Shown: piece after piece, positions 28,017 to 37,886 of the stretch
How the letters are laid out: every line of letters begins with the position of its first letter
How positions within the stretch are numbered: the first letter of the stretch is position 1
Source of the DNA: Calditrichales bacterium
Lineage (GTDB): Bacteria > Calditrichota > Calditrichia > Calditrichales > J004
DNA length: 64,000 bases
Direction of reading: 5' to 3'
Assembly (NCBI GenBank): GCA_965267575.1
Contig: OZ254086.1
Coordinates: 2,688,001 to 2,752,000 of the forward strand
The notes under the pieces: model-generated
What the model was told of the DNA's origin: nothing
The model's input: the letters and a program-made list of their open reading frames with translations, nothing else
Databases searched by the model: none
Made by a program: the position numbers and the translations under genes

Positions 28017-28901
28017 GTGCCTAAGAAAACGAATCCGTTTAATGTTCTGCAAAATACATCCATGCGCCGCCCGGAGTGGCTGAAGATACAACTGGGCAGC
28101 AACAAGCACTTTAGCGAGCTGCGTACAATGGTAAAGCAGAAGTCGCTTCATACTGTGTGCGAAAGTGCCCGCTGCCCCAACCTCGGCGAGTGCTGGAGCC
28201 GGCGCACGGCCACCTTTATGATCCTTGGTGATATCTGTACCCGCAGTTGCACGTTCTGCAACATAGACGTGGCCAAACCGACACATTTTGACGATGAAGA
28301 GCCTTTCCGAGTGGCCGAGGCGGTGAAGCAGCTAAATTTGCGCCATGCGGTTATCACGTCCGTTGCGCGCGACGATATGGCTGATGGCGGCGCTTCCATG
28401 TTCGCCGCAACGATCCGTGAAATCCGTGTGCAGCAACCCGGCTGTACGGTGGAGGTGCTCATACCTGACCTCAAAGGTGACTTGGATGACCTGGATATTA
28501 TCCTTGATGCCAAGCCGGATATTCTCAACCATAACCTGGAAACGGTGGAAAGACTGCAGAAAGCGCTACGTGTTCAGGCCACCTACAAACGCTCGCTCTC
28601 CGTGCTGGCGCATTCCAAGCAGCGCGGTTTTGTAATTAAATCCGGCATTATGGTCGGCTGCGGCGAAGAGCAAGGGGAAATCGTACAAACCATGAAAGAT
28701 CTGCGGGCGATCGATTGCGACATTCTCACCATCGGCCAGTATCTGCCACCCAGCAAAATGCACTATCCGATCCATCGCTACTACAGGCCGGAAGAGTTTG
28801 ACGAGTTGAAAAGCATTGCCATGGAACTTGGTTTCCGTCATTGCGAATCGGGGCCGCTGGTGCGCAGCTCTTACCACGCCGACGAGCAGGTACCATCCTG
28901 A
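28017..28901 (+). CDS. lipA: Lipoyl synthase
   Basis: CESARCPNLGEC, CTRSCTFC, RSSYHA. Confidence 0.97.
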   Translation: MPKKTNPFNVLQNTSMRRPEWLKIQLGSNKHFSELRTMVKQKSLHTVCESARCPNLGECWSRRTATFMILGDICTRSCTFCNIDVAKPTHFDDEEPFRVAEAVKQLNLRHAVITSVARDDMADGGASMFAATIREIRVQQPGCTVEVLIPDLKGDLDDLDIILDAKPDILNHNLETVERLQKALRVQATYKRSLSVLAHSKQRGFVIKSGIMVGCGEEQGEIVQTMKDLRAIDCDILTIGQYLPPSKMHYPIHRYYRPEEFDELKSIAMELGFRHCESGPLVRSSYHADEQVPS

Positions 28902-29116
28902 AAAAAAATCCAATGACAAAAACCAAATAACAAAAGATGGCAACAAATTTTTCAACAACAGCTTTACATTTTGACGTTTGAGAATTGTTTGTTGTCTGAT
29001 CCCCGTTATTTGTGATTTTCCAATCAGGCTGCTCCAAAAAAGAGCAGCTTTTTTTTGCCCTTTTTCTGTGAAATCTGCCATTGTCGCGTTAGCTCTACGA
29101 ATGTAATGTTTGCGCC

Positions 29117-29857
29117 ATGAAACTCGCTTTAATCTCCGATATACATGGCAATCTGCCGGCGTTGCAGGCCGTGCTCAGAGATATCAGACGGCGCGGCGTT
29201 GACCAGATGGTTTGCCTGGGTGACGTCGCTACGCTGGGACCGCATTCTGCGGAGGTGTGCGCCTTGCTGCGTGAAACGGAATGCACGTGCATAATGGGCA
29301 ACCACGATGAGGCCGCGTTGCAGCCGCGAAAGGCCGCAACCCTTCAGATAGCGCCGCCCTTGTTGCCGACGCTGGAATGGAACATCGCCCGGCTGGGCAG
29401 GGAAGAGCTGGACTATTTGCGATCCTTTCTTCCGGTGTCGACCATAAACAGGCAATCAGGTTCTCAGCTTGTTTTTTATCACGGGTCGTATCGTTCCAAC
29501 ACGGAAAACATTTTCGGAAATACTGAAACGGCCGTTTTGCGCGAAACCCTGGCAGAGGCAGGAGCCGGAAACAACGTGATGCTTATGGCCGGGGGACACA
29601 CGCACATACCGATGCTGCGCCGTTTGGGTGACGTGTTGTTTGTAAACCCGGGTAGCGTGGGCTGCGCTTTTTACGATACGCCTGCCGCAGGTGAAGAGCC
29701 GCGTCTGCTGCCGCTGGCGCAATATGCCATTGTTCAGGATCATAAAGGCGCCATCAGTGTTGATCTGCGCCAGATAGCTTATGATACCAACGCATACCGT
29801 TCCGCGCTGCAACAAAGCGATCTGCCTTTAAAGGAGTGGTGGTTGAAGTATTTGTAG
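29117..29857 (+). CDS. Metallophosphoesterase (calcineurin-like)
   Basis: SDIHGN, LGD, GNHD, GHTH, NPGSVG. Confidence 0.92.
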   Translation: MKLALISDIHGNLPALQAVLRDIRRRGVDQMVCLGDVATLGPHSAEVCALLRETECTCIMGNHDEAALQPRKAATLQIAPPLLPTLEWNIARLGREELDYLRSFLPVSTINRQSGSQLVFYHGSYRSNTENIFGNTETAVLRETLAEAGAGNNVMLMAGGHTHIPMLRRLGDVLFVNPGSVGCAFYDTPAAGEEPRLLPLAQYAIVQDHKGAISVDLRQIAYDTNAYRSALQQSDLPLKEWWLKYL

Positions 29858-29861
29858 GGAT

Positions 29862-29984
29862 GAGGTCTGGAGGTCTCGAAGTCCCGAAGTCTTGAAGTTG
29901 TTTTGATCATGATCTAAGTCTTATCCCCCGATCGACAGAAAGAAGCTCATCCCCATGACCTCATGACTTCAAGACCCCCAGACC
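29862..29984. repeat. Octamer-repeat inverted element
   Basis: (GARGTCYN)x4-5 on the left and its imperfect reverse complement at 29953-29984. Confidence 0.6.
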
Positions 29985-30059
29985 AAACACTCCTTCTCCT
30001 TGAACCCTATTTAAAATCTGCGTAACGTTTGGCCTGATTCAATCAGCAGGCAAATATCC

Positions 30060-30452
30060 GTGGCAAAAACCGGCAAACAGCATCTGGGACAAAAAGGGGA
30101 AGAGCTGGCCTACCGCTTTCTGGAGGAGCTGGGACATACTCTTCTTTTTCGCAACTGGCGCAGCGGCCGCTCGGAGCTGGATATTATCAGCCGTGAGCAA
30201 GATACTTTGGTGATCAGCGAGGTGAAAAGCTTTTACCGGCCTCCCCTTGGCGCGCCGGAATCGCGCGTAAACAAGAACAAGCAACGTTCGGTTATCCGCG
30301 GGGTGTACGGATTCCTCGATGAAAACCCGGATTACCAGAACATGGATGTGCGCCTGGATGTAATCGTTGTTGATTTTTCTCAATATCCTGCTGCTATCCG
30401 TCATTATCCCGGCGCTTTTTATGATAGCGGTTATGACGATCCGTATAGCTGA
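30060..30452 (+). CDS. YraN family putative nuclease
   Basis: LGQKGEELA...NWR...ELDII...EVK...RLDVI. Confidence 0.9.
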   Translation: MAKTGKQHLGQKGEELAYRFLEELGHTLLFRNWRSGRSELDIISREQDTLVISEVKSFYRPPLGAPESRVNKNKQRSVIRGVYGFLDENPDYQNMDVRLDVIVVDFSQYPAAIRHYPGAFYDSGYDDPYS

Positions 30453-30475
30453 AGAAATCCAAGGAGAGTTTTAAA

Positions 30476-31609
30476 ATGCCCTTTTCTGCCTATCGTTCGC
30501 TTTTTCCGGTAACCAGAAACCGGATCTACCTAAACCATGCCGCCGTCTCACCCATGAATACCGACGTTCGCGAAAAAATGGAGTGGTTTCTCAATGAACG
30601 CAGCTTTGGCGACGTCGAGTTTTACGAAGAGATAATGCGCATCCGCGGTGAGGCCCGCGAGCTGATGGGGCGTATGTTAAACGCGGCACCCTCGCAGATC
30701 GGCTTTACCCATAATACATCGGAAGGGCTGAACTGGCTGGCCCAAAGCCTGCCCTGGAAAAAGGGCGACGAAATCCTGCTGCCTGCAGGGCAGTTTCCCG
30801 CCAACATATATCCCTGGCTCAACCTGGAGCGGCAGGGGGTAAAGGTCGTTTTTGTAAAGGGCGAAAAAGGCTTTGTCGATGCCGGGCATATTGAAAACGC
30901 GATCACACCCAAAACGCGTTTACTGGCGGTAAGTTTTGTGGAATATCTTAGCGGCTACCGTGCCGACATGCAGGCCCTCGGTGAACTGTGCAGGAAAAAC
31001 AATATCATCTTTTGCGTGGATGGCATTCAGGGTGTGGGCGCCATTCCCATTGATGTACAGAGCATGAATATCGATTTTCTCTCCTGCGGCGGTCATAAAT
31101 GGCTGATGGGCCCGATGGGCATTGGGTTTATTTACATGGATGAATCCCTGCAGGAAAAACTTACGCCCGTTTTTGCCGGCTGGCTCGGTGTAAAAGACGC
31201 CTGGGATTTTGATAAAATAAAGCTGGATATTTTTAAAGACGCGCGGCAGGTGGAATACGCCACGCATAACTCCATCGGCGTAAGCGGACTTTCGGCGTCG
31301 CTGGAAATCTTGGTAAAGGCCGGTCCCGCGGCTATTGAGCAGCATCTTCTGATAATGGGCCAGCAGCTTGTGGACCGGCTGCCGGATTTTGGCTTTGAGT
31401 TCGTCGGGCATGAAGACCCGGCGTATTGGTCGGGCATCTATTCCTTCCGCCATCCGGACTGCGAGGAAATCTATAATTATTTAAGTAATAATAATGTTGT
31501 TTGCGCGCTGCGCTCCGATTGTATTCGTTTTTCGCCGCATTTTTACAATACGCGCGATGATATTCAGCAAGCCATCGAGCTGCTGGCCGACTGGAGCCGA
31601 AACCACTAA
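30476..31609 (+). CDS. Aminotransferase class V / cysteine desulfurase-like PLP enzyme
   Basis: YLNHAAVSP, NTSEG, DGIQ, GGHKWLMGP, RFSPHFYN. Confidence 0.9.
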   Translation: MPFSAYRSLFPVTRNRIYLNHAAVSPMNTDVREKMEWFLNERSFGDVEFYEEIMRIRGEARELMGRMLNAAPSQIGFTHNTSEGLNWLAQSLPWKKGDEILLPAGQFPANIYPWLNLERQGVKVVFVKGEKGFVDAGHIENAITPKTRLLAVSFVEYLSGYRADMQALGELCRKNNIIFCVDGIQGVGAIPIDVQSMNIDFLSCGGHKWLMGPMGIGFIYMDESLQEKLTPVFAGWLGVKDAWDFDKIKLDIFKDARQVEYATHNSIGVSGLSASLEILVKAGPAAIEQHLLIMGQQLVDRLPDFGFEFVGHEDPAYWSGIYSFRHPDCEEIYNYLSNNNVVCALRSDCIRFSPHFYNTRDDIQQAIELLADWSRNH

Positions 31610-31640
31610 ACATCCCGGAAACGAAGCAGGATAAGCAGAT

Positions 31641-33788
31641 ATGAAGAAACATCTTAAGCGCATCGGTTATGGAAGCGGCCTCGGTGTTCTGGCCGCGATC
31701 ATCGTCTGGCTTTTTGTTTTTCACATTGCCGAAGACCTGATGTACCAGTACGAAGCGGGAAGCTACGACTGGCGCGTAAAGCGCAAAGTGCTGGATGCCC
31801 CGGAGCAGAGCATCGATGAGATCGTTGTGATCGATATTGACGGACGCAGCGTTTCCGAACTGGGCAAGTTTTCGCAGTGGCCGCGCAACTACTATCCCCG
31901 TCTTATCCGCAATCTTAATGAGGGCGGCGCGGCGGCTATCGGGCTGGATATTATTTTTGATCGTGATATCTGGCGCCCGGAGCAGGATGTGGAATTCATA
32001 GAATCCGTATCCCAGGCGCAGAATGTGTACAACGCGCTTTATTTTGGCGTGGCCGACACGCTCAATTTCCGCTATGAGATGCGGGAAGAGCCGGAAAGTT
32101 TTCAGGCCGACCGTTTCCGGGTGCGGGTGAAGGGCGCCGGTAATGAGGCTTTCCATGAAGAGCAGCGTTTTGAGAACGAATTCATCGAGCTGCTAAATGC
32201 CAGCAGCGGCGTGGGGCATGTAAACTTTGTCGCCGACACCGACGGGATTGTACGATCCATCCACCTGTTTACAAACTTCAACGGCAATCTCTATCCGTCG
32301 CTGGCTTTCCGCATGTACCTGGATATGGTGAGCGCCGATTCCCTTGTGCTGGAAAATCCGCAGTTGCTGGATATTTATGCCGGGGGCAGTGTCATGCAAT
32401 CCATCCCGCTGGACCAGGCCGGCAATATGCGTATCAATTATTACGGCCCCTATAAAACATTCCGCTATATAAGCTTTTACGATGTACTGGAAGACCGGGT
32501 TGACTCCACCTATTATGCCGGTAAAACATTTCTCGTGGGTACCAGTCTGGCCGGGCTTTTCGATTTGCGCAACACGCCGGTCCAGCAGGCTTTTCCCGGT
32601 GTTGAGATACACGCCAATATTTTAAAGACGCTGTTTGAAAGCGATTTCGTTACGCGCACCAGTGAAGCGGAGACGTTGCTGATCATGGTCGTGCTTGGGG
32701 CTTTGCTGGGTGTGGCCATGCTCTACCTGAAACCCGTGTGGAGCATCGTGCTGGTTTTTCTTTTCAGCGGATTGTATGTCTGGATCGTGACGGCCGTTTT
32801 CTTTCAAAGCAACCTGTGGGTCGATATGGTGGCGCCGGTGATCACGGTCTTTGTCACCTTCAGTGCTGTGTATATTTACCGTTTTGCCACCGAAGAACGC
32901 AAGAAGCGATTTATACGATCCACCTTTTCCCATTTTGTCACCAAATCCGTTGTAGATGAGCTGCTGGCCAACCCGGAAAAAATCAAGCTGGGCGGGGAAA
33001 AGAAAGTATGTACGGTTTTCTTCAGTGACGTGGCCGGCTTTACAACCATATCGGAGCAGCTTAGCCCGGAAGCGCTGGTAAGCCTGCTGAATGATTACCT
33101 GACCCAGATGACCAACATTGTTTTTAAGTACGACGGCATGCTGGACAAATATGAAGGTGATGCTATCATGGCTGTGTTTGGCGCGCCCATCGCCCAGGGC
33201 AACCACGCCTATAACGCCTGTGCCGCAGCCCTGGAGATGCAGGAAACGCTGATCCGCATGCGCGCCTTGTGGCGCAAGCAGGGCAAACCCGAACTGAGCG
33301 CCCGCTGCGGCATCAATACCGGACCGATGGTAGTAGGCAACATGGGCTCCGAAACGCGTTTTGACTATACCGTGATGGGCGATGCCGTGAACCTTGGCGC
33401 GCGCCTTGAGCCTGCCAATAAGGAATATGCCACACGCATCATGATCGGGCCGGATACGTACGAGATGGCCAAAGATAAAATTATTACACGGCAGTTGGAT
33501 TTGTTGCGCGTTAAGGGCAAAACCCAGCCGGTAAAAGTATTTGAACTGGTCGGCACAGTCGAAAAAGGTGTAAATGATGACACCATGCGCCTGTTGGAGC
33601 TATTCAAACGCGGCTTTGATGAATATCTGCAGCAGCACTGGGACTGGGCCATCAATTATTTTGAGCAGGCTTTGAGTATTCGTCCCAAGGACGGCCCATG
33701 CCGGCGTTACATCAAGCGGTGCCGCTTTTTTAAGGAAAATCCCCCGGGAAGTGACTGGGACGGCGTGTTTACGATGAAGACCAAATAG
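31641..33788 (+). CDS. CHASE2-domain class III adenylate/guanylate cyclase
   Basis: WPR, DTDGIVR, PGVEIHAN; FSDVAGFT, DKYEGDAIMA, GDAVNLGARLE. Confidence 0.93.
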   Translation: MKKHLKRIGYGSGLGVLAAIIVWLFVFHIAEDLMYQYEAGSYDWRVKRKVLDAPEQSIDEIVVIDIDGRSVSELGKFSQWPRNYYPRLIRNLNEGGAAAIGLDIIFDRDIWRPEQDVEFIESVSQAQNVYNALYFGVADTLNFRYEMREEPESFQADRFRVRVKGAGNEAFHEEQRFENEFIELLNASSGVGHVNFVADTDGIVRSIHLFTNFNGNLYPSLAFRMYLDMVSADSLVLENPQLLDIYAGGSVMQSIPLDQAGNMRINYYGPYKTFRYISFYDVLEDRVDSTYYAGKTFLVGTSLAGLFDLRNTPVQQAFPGVEIHANILKTLFESDFVTRTSEAETLLIMVVLGALLGVAMLYLKPVWSIVLVFLFSGLYVWIVTAVFFQSNLWVDMVAPVITVFVTFSAVYIYRFATEERKKRFIRSTFSHFVTKSVVDELLANPEKIKLGGEKKVCTVFFSDVAGFTTISEQLSPEALVSLLNDYLTQMTNIVFKYDGMLDKYEGDAIMAVFGAPIAQGNHAYNACAAALEMQETLIRMRALWRKQGKPELSARCGINTGPMVVGNMGSETRFDYTVMGDAVNLGARLEPANKEYATRIMIGPDTYEMAKDKIITRQLDLLRVKGKTQPVKVFELVGTVEKGVNDDTMRLLELFKRGFDEYLQQHWDWAINYFEQALSIRPKDGPCRRYIKRCRFFKENPPGSDWDGVFTMKTK

Positions 33789-33868
33789 TGTGAATTTGCG
33801 GCCAACCGCTTATAATCGATCATCCTTTTCCGATACTGTGGACAAAGGAAAATTTATAAGCATAGCGG

Positions 33869-35032
33869 ATGAATCCTGCAGATCACACATTACTGGCGGT
33901 AGACGACAACCCGATTAACCTGAAGCTTCTGGCACGCCTGCTGGCCAATACCAAGTTCAACGTACTTACCGCCAGCAACGGCAAAGAAGCGATCGAAGTA
34001 GCACGCAAAGAACACCCCGACCTGGTGCTGCTGGATGTGCTGATGCCGGAAATGGACGGTTACGAAACCTGCAAAATACTCAAGGAAGATCCGCAAACAA
34101 GTCACGTTCCTGTTATTTTTCTTTCCGCCAAAAACGAATCCGTAGACAAGGCCAAGGGGCTCTCGCTGGGCGCGGTGGATTACCTGATCAAGCCTTTTGA
34201 TCCCGTGGAGATTCTGGCCCGTATCCGTCTGCACATCGGTATGCGCAGCGAACTCAGCGAACTACATAAACAGATTGAAGAGTTGGGCGCGGAATTGAAG
34301 AATATGCGCCGCAACGGTAAAGCGGCCGGCCTTAAACCCGAACAGCTGCAATACCTCGACGGTCTCAAACCGACACGTTTCAGCACAACGACCAAATATT
34401 TCCAGGTGGCATCACGCACGCGCTTCAGCGAAGCGCCGCCCACGACTGTTTTTCTGCCTGTGCTCATCAAAGAGCAGCAACTGATCTATCTGATCCTGGG
34501 CGGTTTTAAAAAAGACTACCCTACAAGCGTTGTCCAATCGATGCTGGAAAAATACGCCGCCGGTTACCTTGCCGGTATTGGCAGCAGCTTTGTGGATGAG
34601 CGTAGTCTTAATAGCCTGTTTGAAGCAATCCTGGAAAGCTTTTCCCCCGATATTACCAACGTAGCTTTTACCATCTCGATGGGGCATGTCTTTGCCTCCA
34701 AGTCGGAATTGACCGTGTTTTCTATCCATCAATCAACGCCGCTTATTGTTGACCAGCAGGGTGTTCTGGTGAAAGGCGAATCGATGCCGGTCTGGCTGGA
34801 ATCCAAATATGCACGCATTATCGATGCCCGCAAAATAAGGCTGCCCAAAAAAGCCACCTTGCTAAACTATCTGCGTGGCCGCGCCGTTACCGATGACAAG
34901 ACCTTTGAAGAATTTTGTCTGCAGCACGTGAATAAAGAAAACGGCGATGCTCAGGAAATCGTCGACCGCATTTACAACAACCTTCCCGAGAATAAAAGCG
35001 ACCAGCTGGTGTGCGCCATTAAGCTGGTTTAG
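33869..35032 (+). CDS. Response regulator with degenerate SpoIIE/PP2C-like output domain
   Basis: VDDNP..DVLMP..KPF; coiled coil; C-terminal domain ends SDQLVCAIKL. Confidence 0.8.
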   Translation: MNPADHTLLAVDDNPINLKLLARLLANTKFNVLTASNGKEAIEVARKEHPDLVLLDVLMPEMDGYETCKILKEDPQTSHVPVIFLSAKNESVDKAKGLSLGAVDYLIKPFDPVEILARIRLHIGMRSELSELHKQIEELGAELKNMRRNGKAAGLKPEQLQYLDGLKPTRFSTTTKYFQVASRTRFSEAPPTTVFLPVLIKEQQLIYLILGGFKKDYPTSVVQSMLEKYAAGYLAGIGSSFVDERSLNSLFEAILESFSPDITNVAFTISMGHVFASKSELTVFSIHQSTPLIVDQQGVLVKGESMPVWLESKYARIIDARKIRLPKKATLLNYLRGRAVTDDKTFEEFCLQHVNKENGDAQEIVDRIYNNLPENKSDQLVCAIKLV

Positions 35033-35217
35033 ACCCCCAATCGACTCCTTGAAGCATAAAAGCCATCCTTAATTTATTTCAAAATCTCTCCCCCCTGATA
35101 TGTACGCAGATACTGAAACGGGTTCAGCATGATGCCGTCGGAAAACTCACTGCTCTGCCTTGCTTTTGCCGGTTGGTCACACTACATTACCCGGCTTTCT
35201 GAAAACATAAGGTGTAG

Positions 35218-36534
35218 ATGGTAACCATAACCGATATTGAGCCCGGCAGCATAGCCGAGGAACTGGAAATACAAAGCGGCGACATCCTGCTCGCCATCAA
35301 CGGCAAAGAGATATCCGATCGCCTCGATTACCGCTTTCAGCAGAGCGCGGAGGAGATCGAGGTGCATATACGCCGTGGCGAAGAAGAGATCCTCTTTGAG
35401 ATAGAAAAAGATAACGACGAGGACATGGGCCTGATTCTGGAAGAGATGAAGATGATGGCCTGCGGCAATAACTGCGTTTTCTGCTTCGTCTACCAAAACC
35501 CCAAAGGCATGCGCAAGCCGCTCTATTTTAAGGATGAAGACTACCGCTACTCCTTCATGTACGGCCATTATGTCACCATGACCACCATGCAGCAGCACGA
35601 CCTGGAGCGGATTGTTGAGCAGCGGCTTTCACCTCTCTACATCTCCGTGCACTCCACCGAGCCGGATACGCGCAAATTTCTGCTGGGTATTAAAAAAGAC
35701 GATCACCTGCTGGAGAAAATGGAATACCTCACCAGCCGCGGCATTGAGCTGAATACGCAGATTGTGCTGGTGCCCGGCGTAAACGACGGCGCTATTTTTG
35801 ACCGTACCGTAAATGACCTGAAACAATTTTTCCCCGGTGTGCAGTCCATTGCCGTTGTGCCGGTGGGCTTAACGCGTCACCGTGCCCGTTTGGTGCCCTT
35901 GCGCATGCACACACCGGAAGAGCTGTCCGAGACGATTGAGTTTGTGGAAGAACGCCGCCAAAAGCTGAAAAAAGAACTGGGCATTCATTTCGTTTATCTC
36001 TCCGATGAATTTTTTATCAAGGCGCGCCATCCCATGCCGCCCGCCGAATACTACGACGAATTTTATCAGATCGAGAACGGTGTGGGCGAATTCCGCGAAA
36101 TGATCGATCGTTTTCAGCACGACTACAAAAAGCTGCCCAAAAAGCTGGACCGTCCCGTGCGGCTGACCTGGGTAACCGGGGCTTTGGCCTATCGCAGCCT
36201 GCTGCAAAATGTTGTGGAGCCGCTTAATCAAATTGAGAATCTGCAGATTGACCTGGTGCCGGTAATCAACAAATGGTACGGGCCCTCGATACAGGTTTCC
36301 GGACTGCTGGTTGCGGAAGATATTCTTGCCCAGCTGCGCGAACGTCATGTTGGCGACGCGGTCTTCCTGCCGCCGCGCGTGTTGAACGACGACGGTCTTT
36401 TCCTGGACGACTGGACGCTGCCGCGTCTGGAAGAAGCCCTGCAGAAGCCCTGCCATGTCTACAAAGAAGAGTTTTACGAACTGCCCGACGTGATTGAAAA
36501 AGTGTGCTGGCAAAAGAGCGAAATCCCCGGCTGA
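35218..36534 (+). CDS. PDZ / radical-SAM DUF512 family protein
   Basis: PGSIAEEL; CGNNCVFC; KDEDYR.SF; VVPVGLTR; QIENGVG. Confidence 0.9.
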   Translation: MVTITDIEPGSIAEELEIQSGDILLAINGKEISDRLDYRFQQSAEEIEVHIRRGEEEILFEIEKDNDEDMGLILEEMKMMACGNNCVFCFVYQNPKGMRKPLYFKDEDYRYSFMYGHYVTMTTMQQHDLERIVEQRLSPLYISVHSTEPDTRKFLLGIKKDDHLLEKMEYLTSRGIELNTQIVLVPGVNDGAIFDRTVNDLKQFFPGVQSIAVVPVGLTRHRARLVPLRMHTPEELSETIEFVEERRQKLKKELGIHFVYLSDEFFIKARHPMPPAEYYDEFYQIENGVGEFREMIDRFQHDYKKLPKKLDRPVRLTWVTGALAYRSLLQNVVEPLNQIENLQIDLVPVINKWYGPSIQVSGLLVAEDILAQLRERHVGDAVFLPPRVLNDDGLFLDDWTLPRLEEALQKPCHVYKEEFYELPDVIEKVCWQKSEIPG

Positions 36535-36566
36535 AACAGTCTTGCAAAAGGAATTGAAGTAATCTT

Positions 36567-37877
36567 ATGAGTGAACCGATTGTTGCCATCGTCGGCCGCC
36601 CCAATGTTGGCAAATCCACCCTGTTTAACCGCCTTACCGGCACGCGCCAGGCCATCGTGGATGACGCGCCCGGTGTAACCCGCGACCGCAATTACGGCCA
36701 TGTGGAATGGAACGGCCAGCGCTTTGCCCTGATCGATACGGGCGGTTTGCTGCCGGAATCCAAAGAACTGATGGACGCGGCGATCCGCGAGCAGGTGGAA
36801 ATTGCCATGTCCGAAAGCGACCTGGTGCTGTTCGTGGTGGACGCCCAAACCGAGATTACCGATGCTGATGAACAGATAGCGCGCCTGTTGCGACGCAACA
36901 ATCAGCCTGTAATTGTTACCGTGAACAAAGTAGACACCGCCGAGCGCGAGACAGACAGTGTTGTCTACAATCGCCTTGGCCTGGGCGAACCAAGCCCGGT
37001 TTCCGCCATGAAAGGGCGGGGCAGCGGCGATTTCCTGGATCGTGTTGTTCAGCTTCTGCGCAAAAGCGCCCCCCGCGATGAACAATTTGAAGGCATCAAG
37101 CTGGCCGTTATCGGCAAGGAAAATGTCGGCAAATCCTCGCTGGTAAACACCCTGCTGGAGAAGAGCCGCGCCATCGTTACCGATATCCCCGGCACCACCC
37201 GTGATTCCATCGACAGCCTGCTGCGTTTTCAAAAACGCGACTACCTGCTGATCGACACGGCCGGTTTAAAGCGCAAAGCCAAGATCAAAGAAAACATCCT
37301 TTTTTACAGCAGCCTGCGGACCATGCGCAGCATCCAACGCGCCGACGTGATTTTCTACATGGTGGATGTGGCCGAAGGGTTGTCCAAACAGGATGTGCAC
37401 ATGCTGAATGAAGTGAGCAAACAGCGTAAGGGCTGCGTGCTTTTAATGAACAAATGGGACCTTGTTGAAAAAGACCACAAAACCATAAATGAATTCCGCC
37501 TGGCTGTCGATGAGAGGTTGGGGCTGTTAAAATTTATTCCGATGATGTTTGTATCCGTCAAGGAAAAACAGCGTCTACATAAAGCGCTGGAGATGGCCAC
37601 GGAAGTCTATGAGCAACTGCACCGCCGCATAAGCACACGTGAGTTGAACGACTATTTCCGCCCGATAATAGATGAAACGCAGCCGCCGGCGGTAAAGGGC
37701 AAGGAAATAAAGATCAACTATATCACGCAGATCCCGGCACGTTTCCCGCTGTTCGCTTTTTTCTGCAACCATCCGCGGCTGATACAGGAGCCGTACCGCC
37801 GTTTCCTGGAGAACAAGCTGCGGGAACGATACGGCTTCGTGGGCGTTCCGGTTGTGTTGTCGTTCCGCCAAAAGTAA
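36567..37877 (+). CDS. der: Ribosome biogenesis GTPase Der/EngA
   Basis: Two G domains: GRPNVGKS and GKENVGKS. Confidence 0.97.
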   Translation: MSEPIVAIVGRPNVGKSTLFNRLTGTRQAIVDDAPGVTRDRNYGHVEWNGQRFALIDTGGLLPESKELMDAAIREQVEIAMSESDLVLFVVDAQTEITDADEQIARLLRRNNQPVIVTVNKVDTAERETDSVVYNRLGLGEPSPVSAMKGRGSGDFLDRVVQLLRKSAPRDEQFEGIKLAVIGKENVGKSSLVNTLLEKSRAIVTDIPGTTRDSIDSLLRFQKRDYLLIDTAGLKRKAKIKENILFYSSLRTMRSIQRADVIFYMVDVAEGLSKQDVHMLNEVSKQRKGCVLLMNKWDLVEKDHKTINEFRLAVDERLGLLKFIPMMFVSVKEKQRLHKALEMATEVYEQLHRRISTRELNDYFRPIIDETQPPAVKGKEIKINYITQIPARFPLFAFFCNHPRLIQEPYRRFLENKLRERYGFVGVPVVLSFRQK

Positions 37878-37886
37878 CGGAGAGCC

